NCBI RefSeq assembly: GCF_001194135.2
Contig: NC_068984.1
Span: 79,421,503 to 79,472,079, forward strand
DNA length: 50,577 nucleotides
Reading direction: 5' to 3'
Origin: Octopus bimaculoides
Lineage: Eukaryota
The notes beneath the pieces were generated by a model that searched no databases, had not been told where the DNA came from, and saw nothing but the letters and a program-made list of their open reading frames with translations. Shown piece after piece: positions 26,143 to 38,968 of this stretch. Positions within the stretch are counted from its first letter, which is position 1. Every line of letters begins with the position of its first letter. A program made the position numbers and the translations under genes.

Positions 26143-27153
26143 AGGTGCATCATCATTTAATGCATAATATTTTGTCTATGTTACCAGAAGCAGTGTATTC
26201 ACTGAAATATGTAAATGAAAATATACATACTTACATTGTGGAACCTAATATATGGAATTCATTAGACAAAGAATAGTACAATCGTAAATCAAAACCCCTT
26301 GACACATATTAAAATATAAGGATTAGACATACAAGTGTGTATCTGTGTATATATGTGTACACATGTGTGTGTGTGTGTGTATATATATATATACACACAC
26401 ACATATATATATACATGCATGCAAATACATATATAAATATATATTTGCACACACAGACATGCGCACACACTCACACACACACACACACACATACACATAT
26501 TTGCACACACACATATACACATACTGATACACACATACATGCAAACATAGACACTTAAATAAACAATTTGTTTTTGTTTTGTTTTTTTAAATTATAATTT
26601 AATTTTATCATATATAACAATAATATATTGTTTTACATCAGCATCAATTGATTTGCGATAATGCACACCATTTATAATGCACAAGATTGTCGATAACTTA
26701 TCCAGCACCATATAAACTAATGTTGTTTGGATAAAAGAGTAATATAAACAAAATATAATAATGATAACAACACATATAGTTTATAACGTAATGCTGTGTT
26801 GACGTACTTCAAGTTTTGAGAAATTTAATTACTTGGATTGAAATTCCATTAACTTCTGAGCAAGATAGAGTTTTGAATTACTATTTATTGCATTTATTAT
26901 CTCTCTCTCTCTGTATCTGTCTGTCTGTCTATCTATCTATCACTCACTATTATCATCATCATCACTATCATTATCATCATCATTATCATCATTATCATTC
27001 TGTTTGCCAATGCACCACTAAGTGTTGCTCTATATTTAGTAGGTGTGTGGAAGCAAAGCGTTTTGGGGTACATGCAACATTCATTTGTCTATTGCATCAG
27101 TTTTTTCTTGTTCTGAGATTTGTTTTGTTGTTTCTAGTGTTATTTTAGTATTT

Positions 27154-27184
<31 letters not shown>

Positions 27185-27189
27185 TAGAG

Positions 27190-27486
27190 CAGGGGTTTTC
27201 AAACTGTGGTCCACGGACCACAGGGGGTCCGCAAGGACAAGACAGGGGGTCCGTAGACAGCAAATACTTTTTATGGGCAATTTGATTTTATATATGTTTT
27301 TTAATCAAAATCTTTTAATTGACAATAAACCTATTTGTTAAATACTGTTAAATAAATAAATGCAAAAATATATGTTATTTTAAGCAAATATTTATGTATA
27401 AATTTCATAAGCGTTTATAAGGGGGTCCCTAAGGTAAAGCCTGAAATATAAAGGGGCCCGCAAGTCAAAAAGTTTGAAAACCCCCA
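27190..27486. mobile_element. hAT-type MITE with 8-bp TSD
   Basis: TIR caggggttttcaaac / gtttgaaaaccccca (13/15); flanks tgttagag / tgttaggg (7/8). Confidence 0.8.
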
Positions 27487-27691
27487 TGTTAGGGTATATG
27501 TTGTGCGTGTAGTATAAATTGAGTTTTTTTTTTGGTGGTGTTAATGTTTCTTATTTTTTGTGTACTTCTGTTACATATTTGAGTGTATGCATACATAACA
27601 TATGTAAATGCATTGTGCTTGCTTATTTTGTTGGGTGAAGTTAATGTTTCAAATGTCTTATGTGGCAAGTGTTTAAGTGTCAGGTAACAAT

Positions 27692-28017
27692 TTTATCTTT
27701 TATCTTTTATCTATTTCAGTCATTAGACTGCGGCCATGCTGGTGCACTGCCTTAAAGAACTTTTAGTCATATGAATCAATCCTAGTACTTCTTTTTTTTT
27801 TTTCAAACCTGGTACTTATTCTGTCAGTCTCTTTTTGCCAAGATGCTAAGTTATGGGGACATAAACAAACCAACAATGGCTGCAATGGTTGTCAAGCGGT
27901 TGGGGGACAAACACACGCACACACATACAACAGGCTTCTTTCAGTTTCTGCCTTCCAAATTCACTCACAAGTCTTTGGTTAGCCTAAGGCTATAGTAGAA
28001 AACACTTGCCTAAGGTA
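27692..28017 (-). mobile_element. SINE family A (diverged)
   Basis: Homology to 9118-9490. Confidence 0.75.
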
Positions 28018-28335
28018 ACACTATACACTATGGTATTTCTCTTTTCAGTACGGTATGTGTATTTGTGAATCATAAGTTTTCCCTTGGATAACGCACAGTA
28101 TTTTTTGTTTTATTCCAATCTTTTCTAAATATCTGTTATGACAGGAATTGTTTGTTTTCATTCCTAACATTAGGATTATTTCTATTTCCAAAACTATCTA
28201 ATTGGATAATTTTTCCATTTCTTTTAAACAAACATTATCAACTGTTGGAACCAACACTTCAATGAGGATGCACTTCCTTTCTATTATTGTTGTTGCTGTT
28301 GCTTTGGTTGTTGTTCTTGTCATTGTTTTCATTAC

Positions 28336-28535
28336 CTTGTGGAGAGGGTAGTACTGCCGCCCACTATTTTTGTCAAAAGGTACGTGAATGTAATGAAGAT
28401 GGCCCATGTTAATGGGCCTACTCTGAACATGCGTTTGTAGGCCGGAGAAGTTGAGAGTAAGTGACGTGCCTGCCTGTGGTGCCCTTGGAGGTCAGGGTGA
28501 CCAGGAAGTGTTGGGTTACTTTTGGAGAATTTCAT
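28336..28535 (-). CDS. Candidate coding exon, GC-enriched and open in two frames; 5' boundary uncertain
   Basis: Donor AAG|GTAATG at 28336/28335. Frame A from ATG 28535: MKFSKS...MFRVGPLTWAIFITFTYLLTKIVGGSTTLST. Frame B from acceptor 28469: TSLTLNFSGLQTHVQSRPINMGHLHYIHVPFDKNSGRQYYPLHK. Confidence 0.55.
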
Positions 28536-28671
28536 TGTTTAAATTTTGTTGTTAATTGTAATTGTTATTTGTTTTGTACATGAACATTGTGCTTAACCCC
28601 ACTTGTCCCTTGTGTCATATTATTCCTATTTATTTTGTGTTCGGCCCTTGTAACCAATGAAGAAGATGATC

Positions 28672-28734
<63 letters not shown>

Positions 28735-28819
28735 TATTAGTAGTAGTAGCAGCAGCAGCAGCAAAAGTTGCAGCAGTTGTAGTATGGTTGTGTGAGCCAA
28801 TATCAGAAATCAATATTTA

Positions 28820-28870
<51 letters not shown>

Positions 28871-29237
28871 ATCATTATTATTAATACTATTTCTATCATC
28901 CTAATTGTTGCCGTACCATTTATTATATCAGAAATCATTATTATAATCGTTACCCTCTTTGTTATGGTCTGTTGTTGTTAAATATTTGTTGCATGTTTTC
29001 TTTTTTTTTTTTCTTTTGTACTTCATTTATTAAATCTTCAATATTTATAAATATATCAAATCCATTTGAAATTCAATAAAATTACATGTATGATTTACAC
29101 TTTCCCATTACCATATGCAATCAACGCTGGGGTTGCATTGAAGTGGGTGAGGGACCCTACTTCATGTTTTGATTTGGAACACAAGTTTACCGATTACTAT
29201 CAATGTCTAAAACAAACACAGATCTGTTACCAGATTG

Positions 29238-29277
<40 letters not shown>

Positions 29278-30893
29278 TTGAAGAGCAATGTATGTGATTC
29301 CTCTATAATAAGTTGGCTGCATTTAGATTATAGCACTTAAGTTCTTGGCAAAAGCAAGATCCTAAATATTCCAAGTACTCTGTGAACTCCTGAAATTTTG
29401 TGTCTCTGTAACATCATCGTAATCATCATTTAATGTCCATATTCTATACTTGCATGCATCTGATAGAATTTGTTGGGGGTGAATTTCTTACAGATGGATG
29501 CTCTTCCTGTCACCAACCCTAATCTATTTGCAAGCAATGTCATATTTTTCCATAGTTAAACATGTTTTTTATGAACAACTTGAAAGGAACAATATCACTT
29601 GTATAATAATGGTGCTCATTTATAACAATCACGTGAAGTCTAGACAAGAGTACACACAAACACACATGCACAAGCACACACACACACACACACACAAATG
29701 CACATACATACACATACACACATAAACACACACACACAAACACACACATACACACAAACATACACACATGCATACACACACAGACACACACACTTATACA
29801 TACACACACACTTATACATACACACACACATACACATACATACACACACAAACACACACACATACACAAACACAAACAACATAAACACACAAACACAAGT
29901 GCACACAAACACACAAACACACACACACAACTCAATTAGGAACATATTCTCAGGTAGCATTTATGGTTTGGACACCATTGACACTTCATTTGAATGGAGT
30001 TGTCAAGGTGTCAACATCACAAGAATTTCCAGGCTTCTTTCAGTTTCCATCTAACAAATCCACTTACAAGTGGTATGATAGAAGACACTTGCCTAAGGTG
30101 CCACACAGTGGGATTGAACCCAAAATGATATGGCTGGGAAGCAAGCTTCTTAATCATACAGCCATGCCTGAGCATGAATATTTATTACTGGACATTAAAT
30201 GAAGAGGACATTCAAAGACGTTGAGACTGCTGTAACAAATTTCGTTGACGTAAATAAGCTGTGTATGCAGGTGAAAGAAATCATATGAATAATCACGTAC
30301 ATGTTTATACATATTTCCTTCACCCCTTTAATTCTCTATATCATTTGTACTCCATGTAAGTTGGATCTTTTTATATGTATGCATATATACATTTTTTGTA
30401 TTTCATGTATTTTAATATCTAATATAATAAATGCGAAAACAAATTTCTGTGTGTCAGTGTGTCACACTTTGACCCCCCCTCTCTCTCTCTCTCTCTATTC
30501 AATGACACTTCTGCTATTCCTCATGCTGAGGTGAGAGTAATAGTAGGCATAGAGATGATGAGGGTAGTGGCAAAGACAGACAGAGAGTGAAGGAGAAAGA
30601 AAAAGAGAGGGAGAGAAAGAGAGACAAAGAAATTTAAGGAGAATTGATGATCTTGTATTGATGGTGGCAGTGGGAGTAATAATAAGAGAGAGAGAGAAAA
30701 GGGTGGGTATGTGAGAGAAAGTGAGAGATGATGTACAACCTTGCTTAACCATGTCTCTGACAGAAATTCCTGTGGCTAACATACTGAACACTGAACCAAC
30801 ATACTGAACACTTTTGCACACATATATATATAGTATTTTACTTTTATCATTTTTGTTTTATTTTTTGCTATCTTATATATATATATATATATA

Positions 30894-31033
30894 ACTGGTA
30901 CTAATTTTATTGACGCTGAAAGGATGAAAGACAAAGTTGACCTTGGCGAAATTCGAACTCAAAACCTAACAACAAACAAAATACCACTAAGCATTTGCCT
31001 GGCATGCTAAGAATTCTGCCAGCTCACTGCCTT
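30894..31033 (-). mobile_element. SINE family B fragment
   Basis: Homology to 22735-22936. Confidence 0.75.
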
Positions 31034-31259
31034 GATATAATATAATAATATAATATAATAAATGTGAATGTCAGTGTGTCACGCTTTTTCAACTTTACTC
31101 CATAGCTCAACATATCATACCATTTTGGAATCAGGCCAACTCCGTGAGTAAATTAGAAACATCCTGGGCCAAATCCAGTCTTGCAATCCTGAAATTTTGG
31201 ATTCCTATATTTTCTTTACCGTGATTGTTTCCGGCAATTTTTTTTACATGATTTTTTGC

Positions 31260-31345
31260 GATGAATATGATCATCTTTGGGATATGACTCTGGAGGAAGC
31301 AATTGTAATAAATTCTCCAAAACCAGTCAGAGATTTGTTTGCAGA
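31260..31345 (+). mobile_element. Helitron Rep/helicase coding fragment
   Basis: DEYDHLWDMTLEEAIVINSPKPVRDLFA resembles the recalled Helitron motif LLEDDxHWDxTLEEA...SPxxLRxLFA. The match is short. Confidence 0.55.
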
Positions 31346-31919
31346 TCTTCCCATTCAGGGTCACTTGCTTAAAATCTATATGCTAGCTTGAAAGCCACCC
31401 AATAAGGCAGTTTTTGATCTAGTGTTGACCTGTCTAAACTGCTTCTCCTTACATTTCCTTCTCTACCTGCTCAAGTTTAAATCTCTTGAGCGCTATTAAG
31501 TATATTCTATACAGAGAATATCTGGATCTCATCTATAAACTATATACATATTTAAACATATACCTGTATGCACACATGCATATTCCTACAGCATACACAA
31601 TAACAGAATATAACTTGCACTAACCATGAAAGCCACCAATTAGCAATATCAATTGAACACAAATTAGTTTCAAATTTTGGTACAAGGCCAGCAATTGCAG
31701 GGGTTGGGTAAGTTAATTACATCAACTCTGTGCTCAACTGGCACTAATTTTATTCACCCCAAAAGGATGAAAGGGAAAGTTGACCTTGGTGGGATTTGAA
31801 CTCAAAATGTAAAAATGGATGAAATACTACTAAGTATTTTGCATGGCATGCTGATTCTGCCAGTTTGCCACTTTATTGAATTAACACATTAAAAACATGA
31901 GTGAAATGAAGAGGACTTA

Positions 31920-32525
31920 TGATACAAAAGCTCAACCCGGCAAGCCAAGTGAGACCTAAATCCAAGGCCTCTGCCAGGGGTGTAGCCAACCCACTTATGC
32001 GTACCTTTCCTTCATTGGACACTAAACTCCGCTTGCGAAGACTTTTTGAGGCAAGTGAAATCGAAATCGAATTAAATTCGACGACTGGCACCCATGCCAA
32101 CGTCGTCTCCTTCATTGGACACGAAACTCGGCTTGCAAAGACCTGTTGGGGCAAGAGAAAGCAAAATCGTGATGGCACCTGTGCCCAGCGTCGCCATTCT
32201 GGCACTTGTGCCCGTGGCATGTGTAAGGACTTTCGAGCGAGATCGTTGCCAGTGCCCCTGGACTGGCTCTTGTGTGGGTGGCACGTAAAATACACCATTT
32301 TGAGCGTGGCCGTTGCCAGTACTGCCTGACTAGCCTTCGTGCTGGTAGCAAGTAAAAGCACCCACTACACTCTCGGAGTGGTTGGCGTTAGGAAGGGCAT
32401 CCAGCTGTAGAAACTCTGCCAAATCAGATTGGAGCCTAGTGTAGCCATCTGATTTCACCAGTCCTCAGGCAAATCGTCCAACCCATGCTAGCATGGGAAG
32501 CGGATGTTAAGCGGTGAGGATGAAA
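31920..32525 (+). mobile_element. RTE-type LINE 3' end (ORF tail, tandem-repeat 3' UTR, terminal region)
   Basis: Ends in ggttggcgttaggaagggcatccagctgtagaaa...ccaacccatgctagcatgg, homologous to the 3' end of the RTE at 18101-18240. CpG-rich, so relatively young. Confidence 0.75.
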
Positions 32526-32772
32526 CGAATAAACATAGACATAACAGAGTCAGCTGCCTATCAGAAATTCAAGTGACCTGATTAGTTAAAAGAACTTTTG
32601 TAAAATGTACTTTTATTATAGGTAAATGTAATTTACCTATAATAAAATAAAGAAAATCTAATGAAATTATTTCCTTTAAAAATATTTCCTTTTTTTCTCC
32701 AGATCATGTTATCTATTTACACACACACACACAAAAAAAAAACAAAAAAAAAACACAAACACAAACAAAGTA

Positions 32773-32888
32773 CAGTAGTGCCTCAATATACAAGTTAATT
32801 TGTTCCTGGAGAAAACTCGTATTCAGAAAATAAAACTCATAAACCCGGAGTCTCATAAAGCAGGTCCTCATAAAGTGAGGTATTATTG
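32773..32888. mobile_element. Short Tigger/pogo-like MITE
   Basis: TA-flanked. cagtagtgcctcaatatacaag versus reverse complement of the right end caataatacctcactttatgag (15/22). Confidence 0.45.
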
Positions 32889-32994
32889 TAGTTGAATTAT
32901 GTGACCCAATTTCTATCCCTGAGTGTAGCCATTTTAATTTCATTACGTTCACCATACAACCAGAAGGATGTCAAGACAGACATGAAATAATTTT

Positions 32995-33169
32995 AAATAA
33001 TGCGTGCAGGGGAGGTCTTCTCAACACATAGAATACATTCAAAAATGCCAGAAGTCAGAGATACAGGGAGTAAGAAAATTGGAATAACATAATCAGGGTC
33101 TTAACCTGACATAAAACTCAGCCAGAGGTTTACTGTTGTTCTTACCATGATTCTAACAGCTTCTCTTGA
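32995..33169. repeat. Local direct duplicate of 34635-34832
   Basis: Long shared blocks, e.g. gccagaagtcagagataca and agggtcttaacctgacataaaactcagcca. The 34635 copy carries an extra ~24 nt. Confidence 0.9.
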
Positions 33170-33429
33170 TAACACCATGTTCACAGTAAGCAACTAAATG
33201 ACAAATAAATTAAAAGCCACCAAAGTAAAATACAAAAGCCTAAAGATACTAACAGTGACCTACATTTACATAAAAATGTCTAATAAGAATAAACTCACAA
33301 AACAGAATTTGAAGTACATATGTCATGAGTCACCCTTTGGTCATGAAATACTTAATTACAAGTCTTTTATTTTATTGTTTTTGTCATTCATGTCTTTGCC
33401 TGATCAACAGAGCCAGTTCAAAAAGTTAC

Positions 33430-33801
33430 TCTTTTACTTTTTTACTCTTTTACTTGTTTCAGTCATTTGAGTGCGGCCATGCTGGAGCACCACCTGTTGT
33501 CGAGCAAATCGACCCCAGGACTTATTCTTTGGAAGCCTAGTACTTATTCTATCGGTCTCTTTTGCCAAACCGCTAAGTTACGGGGACGTAAACACACCAG
33601 CATCGGTTGTCAAGCGATGTTGGGGGGACAAACACAGACACACAAACATATACACACACACATACATATATACGACTGACTTCTTTCATTTTCAGTCAAC
33701 CAAATCCACTCACAAGGCTTTGGTTGGCCCGAGGCTATAGTAGAAGACACTTGGCCAAGGTGCCATGCAGTGGGACTGAACCCAGAACCATGTGGTTGGT
33801 A
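33430..33801 (-). mobile_element. SINE family A
   Basis: High identity to 9118-9530. Confidence 0.9.
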
Positions 33802-34596
33802 ATAACACACAAACTTATACTTTTATTTACTGGTCCTTATCAAACTAAAGCTGAGCAGCTTCAATCATTGATCCACTGACAAAGGAAGTACATATTTATA
33901 TTTGTTAATATCCTCAAGAAATGACTAAAATGAAATGGAAATTCTTAGGTGATAATTATTTTACCACATTTAAACCATGTTAAAACTTTGTGGTTACGTT
34001 CATATAGTGAAATTATTTAATATTACGTCATGAATCAGCAACTGCAGCAACAACTTTTCAGTTTGTATTTCATTTGTTTTCTGCTTTTACTTTCATTCCA
34101 TTTTAATGCTGTAATTGTTGAACAACAGAAATGAGAAGAAGGTATTCTATTACACTTAATATTTCTCATACACTTATCCATGTGTGTGTGTGTATACAGA
34201 TAATTACAAACAAACATAGATACTAACTTACATACGTGCGCATAACCACACATACATATATGACAGTAACAAGAATAAATAATTGGTAAATGTAACAATA
34301 GAATATTTCTTGATGCAAAGTTTAGCAAAGGACTTAATGGTAGAGAATAATTCAATTTTAGCAAAGTGTTAATATAATAACATGACTTAAACAGAATGAC
34401 ATATCAAAGACACAACAAGTTATATATACATATATAAGGTGAGCTGCAGGAAATATTAATATGCCAGAGAAAATGCTTAGGACATCTCATCTGTCTTATA
34501 TACTGAGTTCAAATTTTGCCAAGGTTAACCTTACCTTTCGTCCTTGTGCCTATAGTAGAAATGATATATATGTATATATATATATATATATATATA

Positions 34597-34637
<41 letters not shown>

Positions 34638-34828
34638 ATAATGCATGCAGAGGAAGTCTTCTCAACGCATAGAATTCATTAAAAAAATCCTTCTGCAAAC
34701 CATTGCTATAGCCAGAAGTCAGAGATACAAGGAATAAGAAAACTGGAATAACATAATTAGGGTCTTAACCTGACATAAAACTCAGCCAAAGGGTTACTGT
34801 TGCTCTTACCATGATTCTAACTGCTTAC

Positions 34829-34898
34829 CTTGGTGGACTGTTGGTGATTTTCTTCCTCCATCTTCCTTTTCTTTTGGACATTCCTCTGTCTCCTGTTT
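34829..34898 (-). CDS. Candidate exon (KQETEECPKEKEDGGRKSPTVHQ-G or TGDRGMSKRKGRWRKKITNSPP); may extend into the N-gap
   Basis: Consensus donor AAG|GTAAGC, purine-rich exon-like body, possible acceptor ctcttcttcAG. Two frames are open. Confidence 0.55.
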
Positions 34899-35911
34899 CT
34901 GAAGAAGAGCTTTGCTCAAAACATNNNNNNNNNNNNNNNNNNNNNNNNNNNNNNNNNNNNNNNNNNNNNNNNNNNNNNNNNNNNNNNNNNNNNNNNNNNN
35001 NNNNNNNNNNNNNNNNNNNNNNNNNNNNNNNNNNNNNNNNNNNNNNNNNNNNNNNNNNNNNNNNNNNNNNNNNNNNNNNNNNNNNNNNNNNNNNNNNNNN
35101 NNNNNNNNNNNNNNNNNNNNNNNNNNNNNNNNNNNNNNNNNNNNNNNNNNNNNNNNNNNNNNNNNNNNNNNNNNNNNNNNNNNNNNNNNNNNNNNNNNNN
35201 NNNNNNNNNNNNNNNNNNNNNNNNNNNNNNNNNNNNNNNNNNNNNNNNNNNNNNNNNNNNNNNNNNNNNNNNNNNNNNNNNNNNNNNNNNNNNNNNNNNN
35301 NNNNNNNNNNNNNNNNNNNNNNNNNNNNNNNNNNNNNNNNNNNNNNNNNNNNNNNNNNNNNNNNNNNNNNNNNNNNNNNNNNNNNNNNNNNNNNNNNNNN
35401 NNNNNNNNNNNNNNNNNNNNNNNNNNNNNNNNNNNNNNNNNNNNNNNNNNNNNNNNNNNNNNNNNNNNNNNNNNNNNNNNNNNNNNNNNNNNNNNNNNNN
35501 NNNNNNNNNNNNNNNNNNNNNNNNNNNNNNNNNNNNNNNNNNNNNNNNNNNNNNNNNNNNNNNNNNNNNNNNNNNNNNNNNNNNNNNNNNNNNNNNNNNN
35601 NNNNNNNNNNNNNNNNNNNNNNNNNNNNNNNNNNNNNNNNNNNNNNNNNNNNNNNNNNNNNNNNNNNNNNNNNNNNNNNNNNNNNNNNNNNNNNNNNNNN
35701 NNNNNNNNNNNNNNNNNNNNNNNNNNNNNNNNNNNNNNNNNNNNNNNNNNNNNNNNNNNNNNNNNNNNNNNNNNNNNNNNNNNNNNNNNNNNNNNNNNNN
35801 NNNNNNNNNNNNNNNNNNNNNNNNNNNNNNNNNNNNNNNNNNNNNNNNNNNNNNNNNNNNNNNNNNNNNNNNNNNNNNNNNNNNNNNNNNNNNNNNNNNN
35901 NNNNNNNNNNN

Positions 35912-35953
35912 ACACCACCTGTCCTCGTCTGTTGTTATTTTTTGTATATTCTC

Positions 35954-35956
<3 letters not shown>
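35912..35956. mobile_element. Penelope-like terminal fragment, inverted copy, abutting (TA)n
   Basis: Reverse complement gggagaatatacaaaaataacaacagacgaggacaggtggtgt resembles 3220-3262. Confidence 0.45.
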
Positions 35957-36005
<49 letters not shown>

Positions 36006-36659
36006 TTTTATTAAAGCTGCAAAATTTCAACAAAATTTTCACAAAAGTGTCACTCAGTTTCACTTTCCCTTGTGTCGGACAGAATTGTGAAAATTTTACA
36101 GCTTTAATAAAAGCATTTTATTCTACCTTTAGTATTTGAGTACTATTTTTTCCACCTTGTTTTGCATTCATGTACTTACTTGTGCGTGTGTGTGTGTGTG
36201 TATGATCATCATTATCTTCATTGTTTTACACCTGTTTCTATGCTGTATGCTGGCATAGATTGTATGGATCCTCATGATCAGCATGCATTTAGGAATGCTA
36301 CTCACCAAGATTCATCAGTGGACAGGAGACAGGGGAAAGGAGAAGGGAGAAAGAGGACTCACATTTCATTTTTGTCTCAGATCTATTTCTGCCTTTATAG
36401 CATGTAAAGAAAACGGTGTTGTAAGAGTGTACACAGCAGGTGTACTACAGCAGCACTATGCATAACTGAAATACTGAGATTGAAAAGCAGAAGCAAATTA
36501 TGCCTAATCTACAAAAAGATAAAATAATCTGCATTTTATGCATATTAATCAGAGTAACCTTCATAATTTTATCGAATTAGGTGCATATTTTGCCATAAAA
36601 GGAAAATGTTGCTACTGATCTATGTTGCTATTAATCTACCCAGGCGGCATGTCTCTGAT

Positions 36660-36957
36660 ATGTGTGTGTGTGTGTGTTTGCGCGTGTGTGTGTGTGTGTG
36701 TGTGTGTGTCTGTGTGTATTTGTGTGTGTTTATGTTTGTCCCCGATCACAGCTTTAGAACTGCTGTTGGTTTCTTTACCTCCCTTTAACTTGACATTTCA
36801 GCAAAACAGACCAACAGGATAAGCACCAAACTTTTTGAAAAAAAAAAAAAAAAAGAAAAGAAAAAAACGAGTACTCGGAGTTGATTTGTTTGACTAAACC
36901 TTCCAAGGCAGTGCTCCAGCATGGGCTGCAGTCTAATGACTGAAACAAGCAAAAGAC
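36660..36957 (+). mobile_element. SINE family A, 3' half
   Basis: (TG)n followed by the family A 3' domain and tail. Confidence 0.7.
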
Positions 36958-37394
36958 AAAAATTGAATATAAACATAAATGATGAAAGATGAAGAAAAGA
37001 CACAATGAGAGCAGCATAAAGGAAGTCCTACACACATGAACACACTAACAAATATTAATACACACACACACAGCATTCCCACATTCTCGCACACACACAT
37101 ACACACATACACATACACGCACACACACACACACACACACATGCACACATACACACACAAATATACTCTTTCGCAGACACACATATATGGTTGTACATAA
37201 ATACACAATGAAATCAGAAGCAAGGTAATTTTGAGAAGAAATCTAATTCTAGTTCTAATTTATCTGTGGAAATTGGTTACAACCACTCCCACTGGCACAC
37301 ACACACATATACAAACATATAAAATCATATATACATCCATACATATGTGCACAAACACTTATACACACAAACATGAAGATATAAATTTATACAT

Positions 37395-37433
<39 letters not shown>

Positions 37434-38272
37434 GCACACCCGTAGACACACTAACACTCAGGTATAACACATACACACATATATATATATGTATATATGT
37501 GTATATACATATAACATACACACACCGTGTTCCTATTTTAGATGACAATAATTTTCATCTTGGCTATTGTCAGTGAATCCTTGTCCAATCAAGTTTTATA
37601 ATTGAAAATGAACTCTAACCAATGTTTGGTTCATAGATTGGTACAGGAGAGGAAGGAGAGATAGAGACAGAGAGAGTGAAAGATGGATGAGAGAAAGGCG
37701 GAGAGAAAAGGAGTTGATTAAGCAGGACAGAGTAATGCAGTGGGAGAGAGAGAGAGAAAGAAAATGAGATAATAAGTGAATGAAAGAGATTATGAAGCGG
37801 TCTGTGAGATACATACATATATACACAAACATACATAATGAGATATTTCTATGCTCACAAAGATGATGATGATGATGATGATGATGACGATGATGATGAT
37901 GATGACGATGACGACGATGACAACGATGATGATAGTGTTGGTTGCAGATATAATGATGATGATGGTGGTGGTGTTGTTGGTGGTCATGATGGTGATGGCG
38001 ATGATGTTGATAACACTTTGAAGGTGGTGAATTGGCCGAGTAATCAGATAGACTGATTTGTGATAATTTGTTCCAACATCTTGTGTCCTGAGTTCAAATC
38101 TTGCCTAGGTCAACTTCACTTAACATTGATCCTTTCAGGGTCAACAATGCAAAAAAAAAAAAAAAAAAAAAATTAAATTAAAACAGAAAAAGCTAGTGGA
38201 AGTGTTAAAGAACCTGGCAAGATCTTCTGCAGTATATATCACAGTGCTCTACATTTTGATAGTAACACTTAC

Positions 38273-38339
38273 AATAACAATAGTATCAAGCTGTCTTAAC
38301 CAAGTTATTGGTATTTCCTTTGAATAAACATCAGTGGTA
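38273..38339 (-). CDS. Candidate internal exon, 67 nt (TTDVYSKEIPITWLRQLDTIVI)
   Basis: Acceptor gccttccctctcAG, donor |GTAAGT. Single open frame, phase 2-0. Confidence 0.4.
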
Positions 38340-38565
38340 CTGAGAGGGAAGGCTCACATCTATAAGCAACTGTCGGTCTTCCGTCAAGACCAAATATCAT
38401 GCACAAGTATGGCTCTTGATACAGGTATGGATGGCTGTGTGGTAAGAAATTAGCTTACCAACCACATAGTTCTAGGCTCAGTCCCACTGTGTGGCACCTT
38501 GGGCAAGTGTCTTCTACTATAACCAAGAGCCAACCAAAGCTTTGTTAGTGGATTTGGGAGATGGA

Positions 38566-38920
38566 CACTTCCTTTCCGTGGGCCCAGGTTGGCCGGGACA
38601 AGAATCTGTTGATTTTTTTTCCTTGGCTTTTGAATTGCACTATAATTCTATTAACAATAGCAAGAGAAATTTGAAGGTTTTCGGCAATTTTTCGCTGGCT
38701 AAGACCAGCCTCAGATTGCCCAACAATACAACCCCTTTGAAAATCTGACAGTTCTGCTGAATTTTTTGTGCGTGGTATGGTTACTTTTCGCAAATGTTTA
38801 ATATAATGGCACCTGAAATGAAAAAGAATAATTACATTGTAAATTCTACACCATTGAAAATATATCAAGACACTTATTAGAAATTTTGAAAATTAAAGGT
38901 GCCTATCTACTTCGTGCATG

Positions 38921-38926
<6 letters not shown>
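38566..38926 (-). mobile_element. Tc1-like transposon 5' fragment (left TIR plus N-terminal HTH)
   Basis: TA|cacagacatgcacgaagtagataggcacc end. PRTKNSAELSDFQRGCIVGQSEAGLSQRKIAENLQISLAIVNRIIVQFK..GK...SRP matches the Tc1 paired-like HTH. The apparent start codon reads ATA. Truncated by a SINE head. Confidence 0.8.

Positions 38927-38968
<42 letters not shown>

Noticed and set aside
26185-26244. Two micro-exon candidates (17 nt and 10 nt)
   Set aside because: They would be separated by a 33-nt intron, too short for both to be real; neither has independent support.
28441-28456. Plus-strand 16-nt micro-exon signals, and a faint 7SL-like look at 28441-28500
   Set aside because: Both are better explained as the antisense of the minus-strand exon; the 7SL similarity is too short and gapped.
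36290-36510. Strong minus-strand acceptor (36508) with two GTGAGT donors
   Set aside because: All frames hit stops before the donors; it could be non-coding but cannot be supported as CDS.
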